Positions 15,651-24,984 of a stretch of DNA of 34,178 bases are shown in pieces. The DNA comes from a virus (lineage: Duplodnaviria; Caudoviricetes), in the IMG/VR virus record IMGVR_UViG_3300040985_000787, positions 1 through 34,178 of that record; one strand, 5' to 3'. A program made the translations under genes and the position numbers. Below the pieces are notes generated by a model, which was not told where the DNA came from, ran no database searches, and saw only the letters and a program-made list of their open reading frames with translations. Positions within the stretch are counted from its first letter, which is position 1. Every line of letters starts with the position of its first letter.

Positions 15651-17042
15651 ATGAGCACCTATGAGAATCAGAAGACTCTGAGCTTCGTCGCCGCGGCAGA
15701 CCTTTCGGCCAAGCGGTACTATGCAGTGCAGGTCACCGCAGCCAACGAAGTCAACGTTGGTTCGTTGGGCGGGCAGTGCGTGGGTATTCTCCAGAACCAG
15801 CCGACTGCCGATCAAGCCGCTGTTGTGGCTATCAATGGGCGGGCGATTGGACTGGCAAGCGGAACCATTACCGCTGGCGATGATGTTGAATCCACCGCAA
15901 CTGGCCTGCTTCAGACCATGACTGGCGGCGGGTACAAGATTGGTACCGCCATTACTTCCGCTGCTAGCGGTGCCACCTTCGAATTGATGGTTGGAGCCGG
16001 GCAGCAGGATGAAGGCGTTGCACGGTTTACCGATGATGGCGGGATCACCGCTGGCCTTATCGTGCAGACTGGAACCGCAGCCGGTGACGTTGCCGTTGCT
16101 GATGCCAACGCAAAGCCGTTCGGTGTAGCCGCCGCAACTTCCATCAACAACGCCCCTGCATACATTTATGTGGATGGTTCTGTTGAAGTTACCAGCGGAG
16201 CAGCATTTGCCAAGGGCGCAAGCCTCACTTCTGACGCAGCAGGTAAGGCCGTAGCCGCTGGCACGTTGGGTAACCGCCACTGTATCGGGTATGCACTAGA
16301 CGCAGCCACGGGCGCAGACGAATCAATCACCATGATTATCTCGCAGCACCTGTTTTCCCCCGTCAACACTTCGTCTGACCTCGTTGCTGGTGAAGACCTC
16401 AGTTCCTCACAGTACTTCGCTGTCAAGGTTGACCCCGCAGACGACAAGATGATCCTCGGTACCGCTGGCGACCTTTGCGTCGGGCTGGTACAGAACGCAC
16501 CCATACTGGACGCAGAAGCCATCGTTGCCACCTCAGGCGTTGCAACTGGTATCGCTGGTGCCGTGGGCGTTACGTCCGGCGCTGAAGTTGAATCTGACGC
16601 ATTCGGTACCCTGATTAATGCTTCCGGTACTGCCGGTTATAATACCATTGGTGTTGCTCTGAATGACGCCGCTGGTGCCGCCGAAGTTACCGTACTACTG
16701 ACCACCCGCAAGCAGGTTGCAGCCGAAGTTATTGGCGTTGCCGCTGGCTATGCAGTGGCCCGTGGACAGCATACGGTGCTCTCTGCCGTTGATACCATTG
16801 CGACTGGCCTGACCGGTGGCGTAGTGGCTGCGTTTGGTACGCTGGAGACTGACCCGAGCGTGACCATCACGTTTGCCAATGCTGCCATTGGCGATCAGGT
16901 TGCGGCACCAGTAGCCGGTAGCATATACATCAAAACGTGGAAACACACGACCGCTGGCGCTGCTGGCAACCCAGACCTCACCGCGTCGACCGCATGGGCT
17001 GGCGAACTTGTGAACTGGTACGCAATCGGAACCATCGTTTAG
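15651..17042 (+). CDS. Capsid cement/decoration protein with three tandem DUF2190-like domains plus C-terminal domain
   Basis: Three ~110-aa repeats (e.g. AAADLSAKRYYAVQV / AGEDLSSSQYFAVKV; IGTAI, IGYAL, IGVAL); directly upstream of MCP; SD AGGAGG. Confidence 0.75.
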   Translation: MSTYENQKTLSFVAAADLSAKRYYAVQVTAANEVNVGSLGGQCVGILQNQPTADQAAVVAINGRAIGLASGTITAGDDVESTATGLLQTMTGGGYKIGTAITSAASGATFELMVGAGQQDEGVARFTDDGGITAGLIVQTGTAAGDVAVADANAKPFGVAAATSINNAPAYIYVDGSVEVTSGAAFAKGASLTSDAAGKAVAAGTLGNRHCIGYALDAATGADESITMIISQHLFSPVNTSSDLVAGEDLSSSQYFAVKVDPADDKMILGTAGDLCVGLVQNAPILDAEAIVATSGVATGIAGAVGVTSGAEVESDAFGTLINASGTAGYNTIGVALNDAAGAAEVTVLLTTRKQVAAEVIGVAAGYAVARGQHTVLSAVDTIATGLTGGVVAAFGTLETDPSVTITFANAAIGDQVAAPVAGSIYIKTWKHTTAGAAGNPDLTASTAWAGELVNWYAIGTIV

Positions 17043-17052
17043 TAGCGAAACC

Positions 17053-17083
17053 GGGGGAGCGGCAGCCAATGCCAACCCCCTTT
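17053..17083 (+). other. Intergenic hairpin before the major capsid gene (weak terminator or mRNA stabiliser)
   Basis: GGGGG...GGCA-GCCAA-TGCC...CCCCC followed by TTT. Confidence 0.35.
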
Positions 17084-17110
17084 ATGACTTTGATATAAAG
17101 GAGGCTCACA

Positions 17111-18109
17111 ATGCCACTCTCCAGCGCAGTACATGCCGATAGGCCACTTACCGATCTTTCGGTTGCATCGATTCAGAGCGATGAAGCATTTATCGCAACC
17201 AAAGTATTCCCCGCAGTACCGGTAGCCAAAGAATCCGATACCTATTACGTCTATGGTACCGAGTTCTTCATGCGTGATGATGCCAAACTCCGCGGTGAGA
17301 ATACGCAGAGTGCAGGCGGCGATTACGGGATCACCGAAGATAACTACGTCGCCAAAGAGTGGTCCTTCCACAAGGATATCAGCAAGCGTGAGCGTCGGAA
17401 TTCTGACAAAGCATTGCGCCCGTTGGAAGATGCTACCCGCTACGTGTCAAAGATTCTCGGCACCCGGCGTGAACGACTGTGGGCCGCTACCTTCTTCGCC
17501 GCTGGTATCTGGACGAGCAACTACACTGGCGTTGCAGGTGCCCCCGGTGCCACGCAGTTCCGTCAGTGGAACGACCAGACCAACGCCACCCCGGTTACTG
17601 ATGTTGAGGATTGGAAGCAGGTTATCCTTCTGCTCACGGGCTACGAGCCTGACACCCTCGTGGTTACCCCGGACGTGTGGAAGAAACTGAAGGAACACCC
17701 GCAGATCATCGGGCGTCTTCAGTACAACAACCCCGGCTTCGCTGCTTCCGGTGGCAAGGTCACAATGGGTATGGTTGCTGCGATGATGGACTTGCGTCAG
17801 TTGTTCGTGGCCAAAGCCGTCTACAATACTAGCCAGATTGATGGTACCCCTAGCAACGCATTCGTTTGCGGCACGAAGGGTGCCCTGCTTTGCTACAGCG
17901 CCCCGAATCCTGGCAAGATGGAGCCGAGTGCAGGCTACCACTTTACGTGGAGTGATGAAGACGAAGTGGTTTCCTCGGAAGCTACCCGAATCATCACCGA
18001 GCCCGTGCCCAATACCAACACGTGGATGCGAGTTGACGGGTCCATTTTCATGGCTCCGAAAGTCGTTTCCGCTGACCTCGGACTCTTCGCAGCTTCCGTG
18101 ATTGCGTAG
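17111..18109 (+). CDS. Major capsid protein (lambda gpE-like family, HK97 fold)
   Basis: LTDLSV...FIATKVFPAVPV, LKEHPQII, PSAGYHFTW; strong SD; canonical position. Confidence 0.9.
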   Translation: MPLSSAVHADRPLTDLSVASIQSDEAFIATKVFPAVPVAKESDTYYVYGTEFFMRDDAKLRGENTQSAGGDYGITEDNYVAKEWSFHKDISKRERRNSDKALRPLEDATRYVSKILGTRRERLWAATFFAAGIWTSNYTGVAGAPGATQFRQWNDQTNATPVTDVEDWKQVILLLTGYEPDTLVVTPDVWKKLKEHPQIIGRLQYNNPGFAASGGKVTMGMVAAMMDLRQLFVAKAVYNTSQIDGTPSNAFVCGTKGALLCYSAPNPGKMEPSAGYHFTWSDEDEVVSSEATRIITEPVPNTNTWMRVDGSIFMAPKVVSADLGLFAASVIA

Positions 18110-18139
18110 TAGGAGAAGGCCGCATGGCCCGGAGGACAC

Positions 18140-18532
18140 ATGCCCTACGGTGGAGATCCAGCCGCCAGCTTTGCCGATGCTGTACGATTCGAGATCGGGG
18201 ATACCGATCCGGCAAATGAACTGGTGACTGATGCGGAGATTGCATATCTCCGCTCCACCTACGGGGATGACGTTCTAACGGTAGCGGCTGAAGCAGCACT
18301 TCGTCTCGCCAATAACTATGCATCCCTGATAGATCAGAAAGTCGGCAAGGTACAAGTCTGGTACTCACAGCGGGCCGCACAGTTCCGCAAGGTATACGAC
18401 GACCTACGCCGACGCATGGCCCTTGACGCAACCCCCTATGCGGGCGGTATCAGCAAGACAACTATCGAGCAGGAAGAGGAAGACGAGGATCGGCCTGAGC
18501 CGTTCTTTTCCACGGAGATGCTCGATGGCTAA
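18140..18532 (+). CDS. Head-tail adaptor/connector
   Basis: VRFEIGDTD...TDAEIAY, KVG, YSQRA, PYAGGIS; follows MCP. Confidence 0.75.
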   Translation: MPYGGDPAASFADAVRFEIGDTDPANELVTDAEIAYLRSTYGDDVLTVAAEAALRLANNYASLIDQKVGKVQVWYSQRAAQFRKVYDDLRRRMALDATPYAGGISKTTIEQEEEDEDRPEPFFSTEMLDG

Positions 18533-19049
18533 GCGCAACGATACCATTGTCCGTGACAAGGGAGCCAACAAGATTCTGAGGGATTTGAAGTTGGCTGATA
18601 AGGGTTGGGGTGATGCTGGATACTGGGGCGCAAAGAAGCACGCAGACGGCACCGCAACTATCCCCTACATTGCCAGTATCCACGAGTATGGCACCATCAA
18701 TCAAGACCCGACTAAAGGCACCGCCATTCCTGAACGCTCATTTATGCGCACAACGGTAGATGAGAATAAGAGTGAGTACCGTGACGCCATGAAGAAGGTG
18801 GGCACGCAGGTGCTTGACGGGGTATCGTTCAAGGATGCTATGAGCGCCTTTCTTGAGAAAGTACTCGGGGATATCCGCCAGAAGTTGACGAGGGGAGATC
18901 CTTCATGGGAGCCGCTTGCCGACAGTACGAAGGCTAACCGCAAGCATGGTGGCGATCAACCACTATTCGATACCGGCGCACTGGCCAACTCAGGCGGCAC
19001 CCGTGTCTTCATCCGTGGCAGCAAGGTAGCAGAGTCGGGGGAAAACTAA
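18525..19049 (+). CDS. Neck/virion morphogenesis protein (HK97 gp10/Mu gpG-like)
   Basis: IASIHEYG, IPERSFMR, PLADST, PLFDTGALANS; start MAKRN at 18525. Confidence 0.8.
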   Translation: MAKRNDTIVRDKGANKILRDLKLADKGWGDAGYWGAKKHADGTATIPYIASIHEYGTINQDPTKGTAIPERSFMRTTVDENKSEYRDAMKKVGTQVLDGVSFKDAMSAFLEKVLGDIRQKLTRGDPSWEPLADSTKANRKHGGDQPLFDTGALANSGGTRVFIRGSKVAESGEN

Positions 19050-19417
19050 TGTTTCAGCCTCCCGAAATATACAAGACCATCACGGCCACTCGCTTTGCTG
19101 CGGGGGCACGTGTAGGCGGGCGGTGGGTGGAGGGTGCGTCCAGCACCATCACTTTCACGGGTTATATTGAGTCCATCAGTGAGCAGACCGCCCGCAACAA
19201 GTTTATCACGCTCGACGCTGGCCACCGCTGGCAGGGCGGGATTTTGATAATCACCGACGAAGATTTGCAGTTGATGGAGTCGGGCAACAGCGGGCGCAAT
19301 GCTGACAGGATTCAATACCTGGGCACGCTCTGGGAAGTGCAGGGCAATGACGATTTCGAGTTCACGACGCTGGCAGAAGCGCATCACGAGTACCTAGGTA
19401 TAAGGGTGACACAGTGA
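19049..19417 (+). CDS. Head-closure protein
   Basis: GGRWVEG, ADRIQYLGTLWEV; position in neck module. Confidence 0.65.
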   Translation: MFQPPEIYKTITATRFAAGARVGGRWVEGASSTITFTGYIESISEQTARNKFITLDAGHRWQGGILIITDEDLQLMESGNSGRNADRIQYLGTLWEVQGNDDFEFTTLAEAHHEYLGIRVTQ

Positions 19418-19992
19418 GCCTGACTACCTACGAAGCAGCCGCCTATGCGTGGCTCGTGGCTGCCGTGAACGATGCTAGCAAAGAGGTCGTGTTCGGGCAA
19501 GATTCAGGCACCGGAACCAGCCGGGTAACCGGGCCGGAACCGGACGATCCTCACGTCATCTTGCGTACTACGTCATTGACCGAAGTTGGCACCAGTGAGA
19601 CTGACCCCAAGGTTACCGTCACGGGCGTAGCACCCAACGAAGTGGGAAGCCGTGTCATCTACGACCGATACGAAGCCGCTGTTGGTTGTCAGTTTGTCGG
19701 GCAAGGTGGCCGTGAGTTGGGCATTGCGTGCCGCAGGGCGTTGCAGCGCAGTGATGTACTACAGACGTTCGCTGCCGCAGACATGGGGCACTTGCGATCC
19801 TCTGAGTTGATTAGTGTGCCAGACAACAGCGACGGCAACTGGCGTCAACGGTGGGCCTTCGATGCATTCTTTGACATACCAGATTCGCAAACCGAAACGC
19901 TCAGTTGGATTGAGCATGTTGAAATCGAAATGACAGTGCAGAACGCTGGCGGTGTAGTCACCGTCAACGAGAACTTCACTGTAGACATCTAG
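19414..19992 (+). CDS. Tail terminator/neck protein
   Basis: Immediately upstream of sheath; GTGA overlap; size and beta-rich pattern. Confidence 0.65.
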   Translation: MSLTTYEAAAYAWLVAAVNDASKEVVFGQDSGTGTSRVTGPEPDDPHVILRTTSLTEVGTSETDPKVTVTGVAPNEVGSRVIYDRYEAAVGCQFVGQGGRELGIACRRALQRSDVLQTFAAADMGHLRSSELISVPDNSDGNWRQRWAFDAFFDIPDSQTETLSWIEHVEIEMTVQNAGGVVTVNENFTVDI

Positions 19993-20002
19993 GAGGCTCA
20001 CC

Positions 20003-21097
20003 ATGGCCGGAACAATTGGCGAAGTTGTTAGCATTTCAATCACTCGGGAAACCGTTGTTGTACCGCAAGCCGGGTTTGGCGTGCCTCTGATTATGGGCGA
20101 TTTGGCCGAGTCATTCAACGAAGGCTATCCTGCCGCATGGTCTACCCGCTACGTGGAATACAATAGCCTTGCAGAGGTTGTTGCAGCCACATTCGACGTT
20201 ACCAAAGCAATCTACAGGGCAGCGCAGGAATTGTTTGCACAGAACCCACGGCCCGCAACTATCGCAATCGGCTACTATGACAGCGGTGCAGCGGAAACAA
20301 TGACGAGCGGTCTAGCTCTTGTGGTTGCCCAGTCTAATGCATGGTGGGGCCTTCTGGTCACTGACCGGACAGACGCCAATGCCGGGGATGCGTGGGAAGC
20401 TGCGCAGTGGGTGCAGAGCAATAAGAAGTTCCTCCTGAATGCCAACGACGACACCAACATCAAAGACAGCGCAGTCGAGGCTACCAGCCTAGCAGCACTG
20501 GCACGGGCGAACAGTTACGACCGCACTTCCATCCTGTACCATTCAGGGGCCGCAGCCACCACCACCGCTGCCGGTTGGCCGGATGCTGCATGGTTCGGGC
20601 GAGTGCTTCCAACCGATCCCGGCTCTGCAACATGGGCCATGATGCCGCTTGTGGGTATTTCCGCAGATGACGGGTTGACCAGCGGTGAGCGCACCATTAT
20701 CGATAACAAGGGTGCCAACTTCTACAACACCATTCTGGGCACCGCCGTTACCCGTAACGGACGTACTGCCCTGGCAAATTCATATATCGACCTGATCCGC
20801 TTCAGCGATTGGCTGGAGTCTGACATGGGCGGGCGCATCTTCACTAAGATGGTTGCTCTTGACAAGATTCCGTTCACTGATGCCGGGGTGGGGATTGTTA
20901 CCGGAGCCATGGAAGACAGTCTCAAGGAAGCCGTTAGGCGTGGGGCAATCACCGACGACTACACGATCAGTGCACCCAAAGTAAAGGACGTGAGCGACGC
21001 CAACAAGGCTCTGCGCAACCTTCCTGATGTTTCATTTGTGGCTACCGGAGCCGGGGCCATTCACGGCGTATCAATCACTGGCGTTATTCAGGTCTAA
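20003..21097 (+). CDS. Tail sheath protein (DUF3383-like, compact 364 aa)
   Basis: AGFGVPLI, FAQNPRP, PGSATW, YIDLIRFSDWL, KIPFTDAG, GAIH. Confidence 0.9.
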   Translation: MAGTIGEVVSISITRETVVVPQAGFGVPLIMGDLAESFNEGYPAAWSTRYVEYNSLAEVVAATFDVTKAIYRAAQELFAQNPRPATIAIGYYDSGAAETMTSGLALVVAQSNAWWGLLVTDRTDANAGDAWEAAQWVQSNKKFLLNANDDTNIKDSAVEATSLAALARANSYDRTSILYHSGAAATTTAAGWPDAAWFGRVLPTDPGSATWAMMPLVGISADDGLTSGERTIIDNKGANFYNTILGTAVTRNGRTALANSYIDLIRFSDWLESDMGGRIFTKMVALDKIPFTDAGVGIVTGAMEDSLKEAVRRGAITDDYTISAPKVKDVSDANKALRNLPDVSFVATGAGAIHGVSITGVIQV

Positions 21098-21110
21098 GAG
21101 GAGGATTATC

Positions 21111-21584
21111 ATGGCAGTAAAAACGTTTAGCCCGAAAGAAGTGGGTATCCTCTTTGGCGGCATTGACCTTCAAGGATGGAACACAGTTACCGTGCGGAGA
21201 AGCGAGGCCCTATTTACGAAGGTATCCAGCGCAGACGGGCGGGAAATTGCACGGGCTCGTAATGACGACAAGAGCGGGCAGGTGGAGATTGAATTCCAAC
21301 AGTTTTCTGACTCCAACGCCATCCTTGATGCTGTGCGCCGTCAGGACGAAGCCAGCGCCACTGGGGTGGCCACGTTCAAACTCGTGAATAAGTTGTCCGG
21401 GGAAGAATCATTCAGTAGCGAGGCATGGATTTCTGACGTGGGCGAAATTGCCTACACCAACGAAGTCGGCACCCGCACATGGATGCTTGACCTTGCATCT
21501 GTAGAGTACGACTTGACGCCGCAGAGCAACGTGGTTCTTTCGGTTATCAGCAATATAGCCAACTTCTTCAGCGACCTCTTTTAG
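21111..21584 (+). CDS. Tail tube protein (DUF3277-like)
   Basis: TFSPKEV..FGG, SADG, DKSG, Q.SDSN, AWI, RTW; follows sheath; SD GAGGAGG. Confidence 0.85.
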   Translation: MAVKTFSPKEVGILFGGIDLQGWNTVTVRRSEALFTKVSSADGREIARARNDDKSGQVEIEFQQFSDSNAILDAVRRQDEASATGVATFKLVNKLSGEESFSSEAWISDVGEIAYTNEVGTRTWMLDLASVEYDLTPQSNVVLSVISNIANFFSDLF

Positions 21585-21616
21585 GAAGCGGGAGACACTA
21601 GTATGGGAGCGGAGCC

Positions 21617-22111
21617 ATGCGTAAACAGTCAGAGAAAGAGATCGGGGGCATCAAGTGGAGAACCACGATGCTACCCGCCACCAAAGGCCTGAACGTCTTC
21701 ACTATATGCACTCGATTACTGGCACATGCTATCCAGAGCGGCACTGCTGCTATCAGTGAAGGCGGTAGTGCCATCGGTGACGTTCAACTAGGTTCAATCG
21801 GTGCGGCAATAGGTGCCCTGTTTGAGAAAATCGAACCGGGCCAGATGGCAGGTCTTGCGAAGGATCTATTGCAGAGCACTGAGATATCTATTGGCGACGG
21901 TGAATGGGAGTCCCTCAAGGAAGGGTTTGATGACCACTTCGCAGGAAAATACAAGACCCTCTATCAAGTAGCGGGGTGGGTTTTCGAGGTGAACTTTCAG
22001 GAAGTTTTTACATTCTCCAGCATCGCAAGCAAACTGAAGGCGGTGCTGGCGGATCAAAAGTCCAAAGGGTCAACTTCAGAGCCTTCCTCGGCATCCCATG
22101 CGGAGAAATAA
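21617..22111 (+). CDS. Tail assembly chaperone
   Basis: FDDHFAGKY...FEVNF; between tube and tape measure. Confidence 0.8.
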   Translation: MRKQSEKEIGGIKWRTTMLPATKGLNVFTICTRLLAHAIQSGTAAISEGGSAIGDVQLGSIGAAIGALFEKIEPGQMAGLAKDLLQSTEISIGDGEWESLKEGFDDHFAGKYKTLYQVAGWVFEVNFQEVFTFSSIASKLKAVLADQKSKGSTSEPSSASHAEK

Positions 22112-22266
22112 TGGAAGGCCAATGGACAGTATGGCGACCTGTACTGGCTAAAGTGGCAACGCTGCATGAGATCGAATGTTACTGGTCACTCGGGGATCTG
22201 ATGCGTGCGAACATGGCGCTAGATATTCAAGTAGAGCAGGACCGGCTGATAAACAAGGGAACATAA
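22111..22266 (+). CDS. Second tail assembly chaperone segment (-1 frame; frameshift extension or coupled start)
   Basis: WRPVLAKVATLHEIECYWSLGDLMRANMALD; -1 frame open from 21934; TAATG overlap at 22109-22113. Confidence 0.7.
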   Translation: MEGQWTVWRPVLAKVATLHEIECYWSLGDLMRANMALDIQVEQDRLINKGT

Positions 22267-23946
22267 ATGGCCACAACTGTCAGAGAGCTAATCACCCGCT
22301 GGGGGGTCGAAGTAGACGACAAGCAATTGAAGTCGCTAGACGCCGGGATACAGAAGGTGAAGATGGCAGCAAACATAGCCGGGGCTGCACTTGTGGCGAT
22401 GTTTGGATTAGCCGTCAAGGGTGCTGCTGACTTTGATACGGCCATGGGCGAGGTGTCTACTCTGCTAGATGCGTCTGCGCACGAAATGGGGACGCTCAAC
22501 GAAGAAATCCTTGCCATGTCTGCCGAGTTCGGGCGACTCCCGACTGACACAGCAAAGGCATTTTATCAGACCGTGTCTGCCGGTTTCGGGGATTCCGCAC
22601 AGGCTGCCATTGTGATGGAAGGGGCCATGAAGTTGGCCCGTGGTGGTGTTACTCAGGTTGATACCGCTGTGGACGGGTTGACCACACTACTCAACGGGTA
22701 CGGACTCAGTGCCGATCAGGTAACCAACGTATCAGACAAGATGTTTGTCGCCATGAAGGCGGGTAAGACCACCATTGGTGAACTGTCGAAGTCAATAGGT
22801 AAGGTAACTCCCTTCGCTGCGGACGCCGGGGCATCCATTGACGAACTACTTGCCGCTACCGCAACCCTTACACTGGGGGGGCTCAAGACCAGCGAAGCTG
22901 TATCATCCCTCAAGCAGGTGTTTGCGGCGGTAGCAAAGCCCACAAAGGAAGCTGCCGAAGAAGCTAAGCGCCTAGGCATTGACTTCACGAAGGCGGGACT
23001 AAGGTCAAAGGGGCTCGCTGGGTTCCTCAAGGACTTGAAGAAGCGCACTAAGGGTGAAGATGATGCAATGGCGAAGCTCTTTGGTTCTGTTGAGGGGCTA
23101 GGGTCAGTGTTGGCCCTGACCGGTGAGCAGGCTGATACATTCAATGAGACATTGGGCAACATGGAAAATGCCAGCGGGCAAACTGAGACGGCATTCCAGA
23201 AGATGGAGAAGAGAGCAGGCGCTACGTTCGATAAAATGAAGGCGAAGGCTGCCGTGTTCCTCGTGAAGTTAGGCGACAAACTGTTACCCATGGTGAACAA
23301 GATAGCAGGCAGGATAGAGCACTGGGTTGCGAAGCAGGGCGGAATCAACAAGGTGGTCGATAAGTTCGTTGGGATAGTCAAAATCCTCGTGGCTCTAAAG
23401 TTGGCGTTTTGGCTTCAGGGGGTTGCTACTGCTGTCACAGCGGTGTTCACAGCGGCAAATGCAGCCGGTGGATTCGGCGCTATGGCACTAGCAATGAACC
23501 CCGTACTTCTAGTAACGCTGGCCATAGCGGTAGCCTTTGCTTTGATTCTGCTGAATCTTGAACTTGTGCAGGATGCAATGCTTGAGACTATCGAATCGTT
23601 TTCTGAACTAGAGATTACGGCTTCAGCAATAAGCCCTATACTTGCCCCACTATTTGAAGATCTGATCCCGAAAGTAAACAGGAATAAGGGCCGAATAAGC
23701 TCGGCAAACGCCCAGGGGTTTCTAGGGACTGAGCATGATCCTACGCTGGGAGGTGCCCCCGTACCCACTAGCACGGGCGGCACGAACATAGATAACCGCA
23801 CCAATGTGGCCATAGAGATAGACGCCACCGGTGCAAGCCCGGAAGACATCGCCGGAATCGGCCCAGACGTAAAGAAGGAACTAAATGCCATGTTTGATGA
23901 GAGGTTGTCGCAGGTTCAGGCAGGGTTAGTGGGGGTAAAGAAATAA
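22267..23946 (+). CDS. Tail tape measure protein (TP901-family core)
   Basis: AADFDTAMGEV, FYQTVSAG, GKTTIGEL, LFGSVEG; hydrophobic segments in the C-terminal half. Confidence 0.92.
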   Translation: MATTVRELITRWGVEVDDKQLKSLDAGIQKVKMAANIAGAALVAMFGLAVKGAADFDTAMGEVSTLLDASAHEMGTLNEEILAMSAEFGRLPTDTAKAFYQTVSAGFGDSAQAAIVMEGAMKLARGGVTQVDTAVDGLTTLLNGYGLSADQVTNVSDKMFVAMKAGKTTIGELSKSIGKVTPFAADAGASIDELLAATATLTLGGLKTSEAVSSLKQVFAAVAKPTKEAAEEAKRLGIDFTKAGLRSKGLAGFLKDLKKRTKGEDDAMAKLFGSVEGLGSVLALTGEQADTFNETLGNMENASGQTETAFQKMEKRAGATFDKMKAKAAVFLVKLGDKLLPMVNKIAGRIEHWVAKQGGINKVVDKFVGIVKILVALKLAFWLQGVATAVTAVFTAANAAGGFGAMALAMNPVLLVTLAIAVAFALILLNLELVQDAMLETIESFSELEITASAISPILAPLFEDLIPKVNRNKGRISSANAQGFLGTEHDPTLGGAPVPTSTGGTNIDNRTNVAIEIDATGASPEDIAGIGPDVKKELNAMFDERLSQVQAGLVGVKK

Positions 23947-24638
23947 TGGCCGTATGGTTTTCATACACGCTGCCCGGTGACGATACGTTGACCTTCTATC
24001 AGTCGGATCTGACAGTTAGGGAGTCAGTCAAGCGTCCGGCGTCTGCCACTCAGTGGCCTATTGAAGATGGGGCCAGCATATCCGACCACGTCAAGATAGA
24101 CTCGGTGAACCTTATGCTTGAGGGGTTCATTAGCGACACCCCGATCCGCAAGGAGACATCATACCCGGTTGTAAGTTCTGGCCTGACACGCAGCCAGCAA
24201 GCGCACGATAAGATTGTCGAGTTGCAGAAGGCTAAGGTTATCGTTGAAGTATTCACTGACGCCGCCATTTACGAGACAATGCTTGTCGAAACTGTGACCC
24301 ATGACAAGAATAAGAGCAAGCGGGGCGGGTTGTGGTTGGTGGTGCAGTTGCGGGAAGCCCGCCTGGTGTCGGCGCAGGATGTGCGGATCAAGGATTCACC
24401 AGCGCCTATCAAGGTGCCCCCTGTTGGTGATTTGTCAATTGCCACAGTTAGAGCAAACTTGTACGTGGTATCACGTGAGCAGAAGATAAACGCTGGCAAG
24501 GCTATACAAAAGAACATAGAGGATACAGCCAGAACTGCTGAACGCACAGCCGAATACAGAAAAACAAAAACAATGATTCAGATTGAGAATCTTGATGCAA
24601 AGTTCCTCGCTGAAGACCTTGCAGAAGGGCGGCTATAA
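23946..24638 (+). CDS. Dit-like tail tube initiator/baseplate protein
   Basis: TQWPIEDGASISDHV...LEGFISDTP; follows tape measure. Confidence 0.75.
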   Translation: MAVWFSYTLPGDDTLTFYQSDLTVRESVKRPASATQWPIEDGASISDHVKIDSVNLMLEGFISDTPIRKETSYPVVSSGLTRSQQAHDKIVELQKAKVIVEVFTDAAIYETMLVETVTHDKNKSKRGGLWLVVQLREARLVSAQDVRIKDSPAPIKVPPVGDLSIATVRANLYVVSREQKINAGKAIQKNIEDTARTAERTAEYRKTKTMIQIENLDAKFLAEDLAEGRL

Positions 24639-24982
24639 TGGCAACTCAGGAAGTATATTTCGAGTTGGAACTGCCAGACGGCACACCGTTTCTTGAAGTG
24701 ACTGCGACCTTTGCCGGAATCGTGTATAACCTCCAATTCCAATACAACACTCGTGGGGGTTTCTATGCCCTTACCTTGTCGGACGCTGACGGTACTGTGC
24801 GCATTGCCGGGCGTAAGATTGTAGCAGATACCCCTATCATGGCAAAAATCCCACAGGCATCCCCCACAGACGGCGTATTTCTTGCCGTTAGCGTGGATGG
24901 TGCGGTTGACGTGCCGTACGACTACAACGTATTCACGCTAGGCGACCTATCATTTCAATTTCTGACCCTTGAGCGGATCTAG
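24638..24982 (+). CDS. Small baseplate protein (plug-like)
   Basis: YNLQFQYNTRGGFYALTLSDADG; position between Dit-like and hub genes. Confidence 0.65.
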   Translation: MATQEVYFELELPDGTPFLEVTATFAGIVYNLQFQYNTRGGFYALTLSDADGTVRIAGRKIVADTPIMAKIPQASPTDGVFLAVSVDGAVDVPYDYNVFTLGDLSFQFLTLERI

Positions 24983-24984
24983 TT

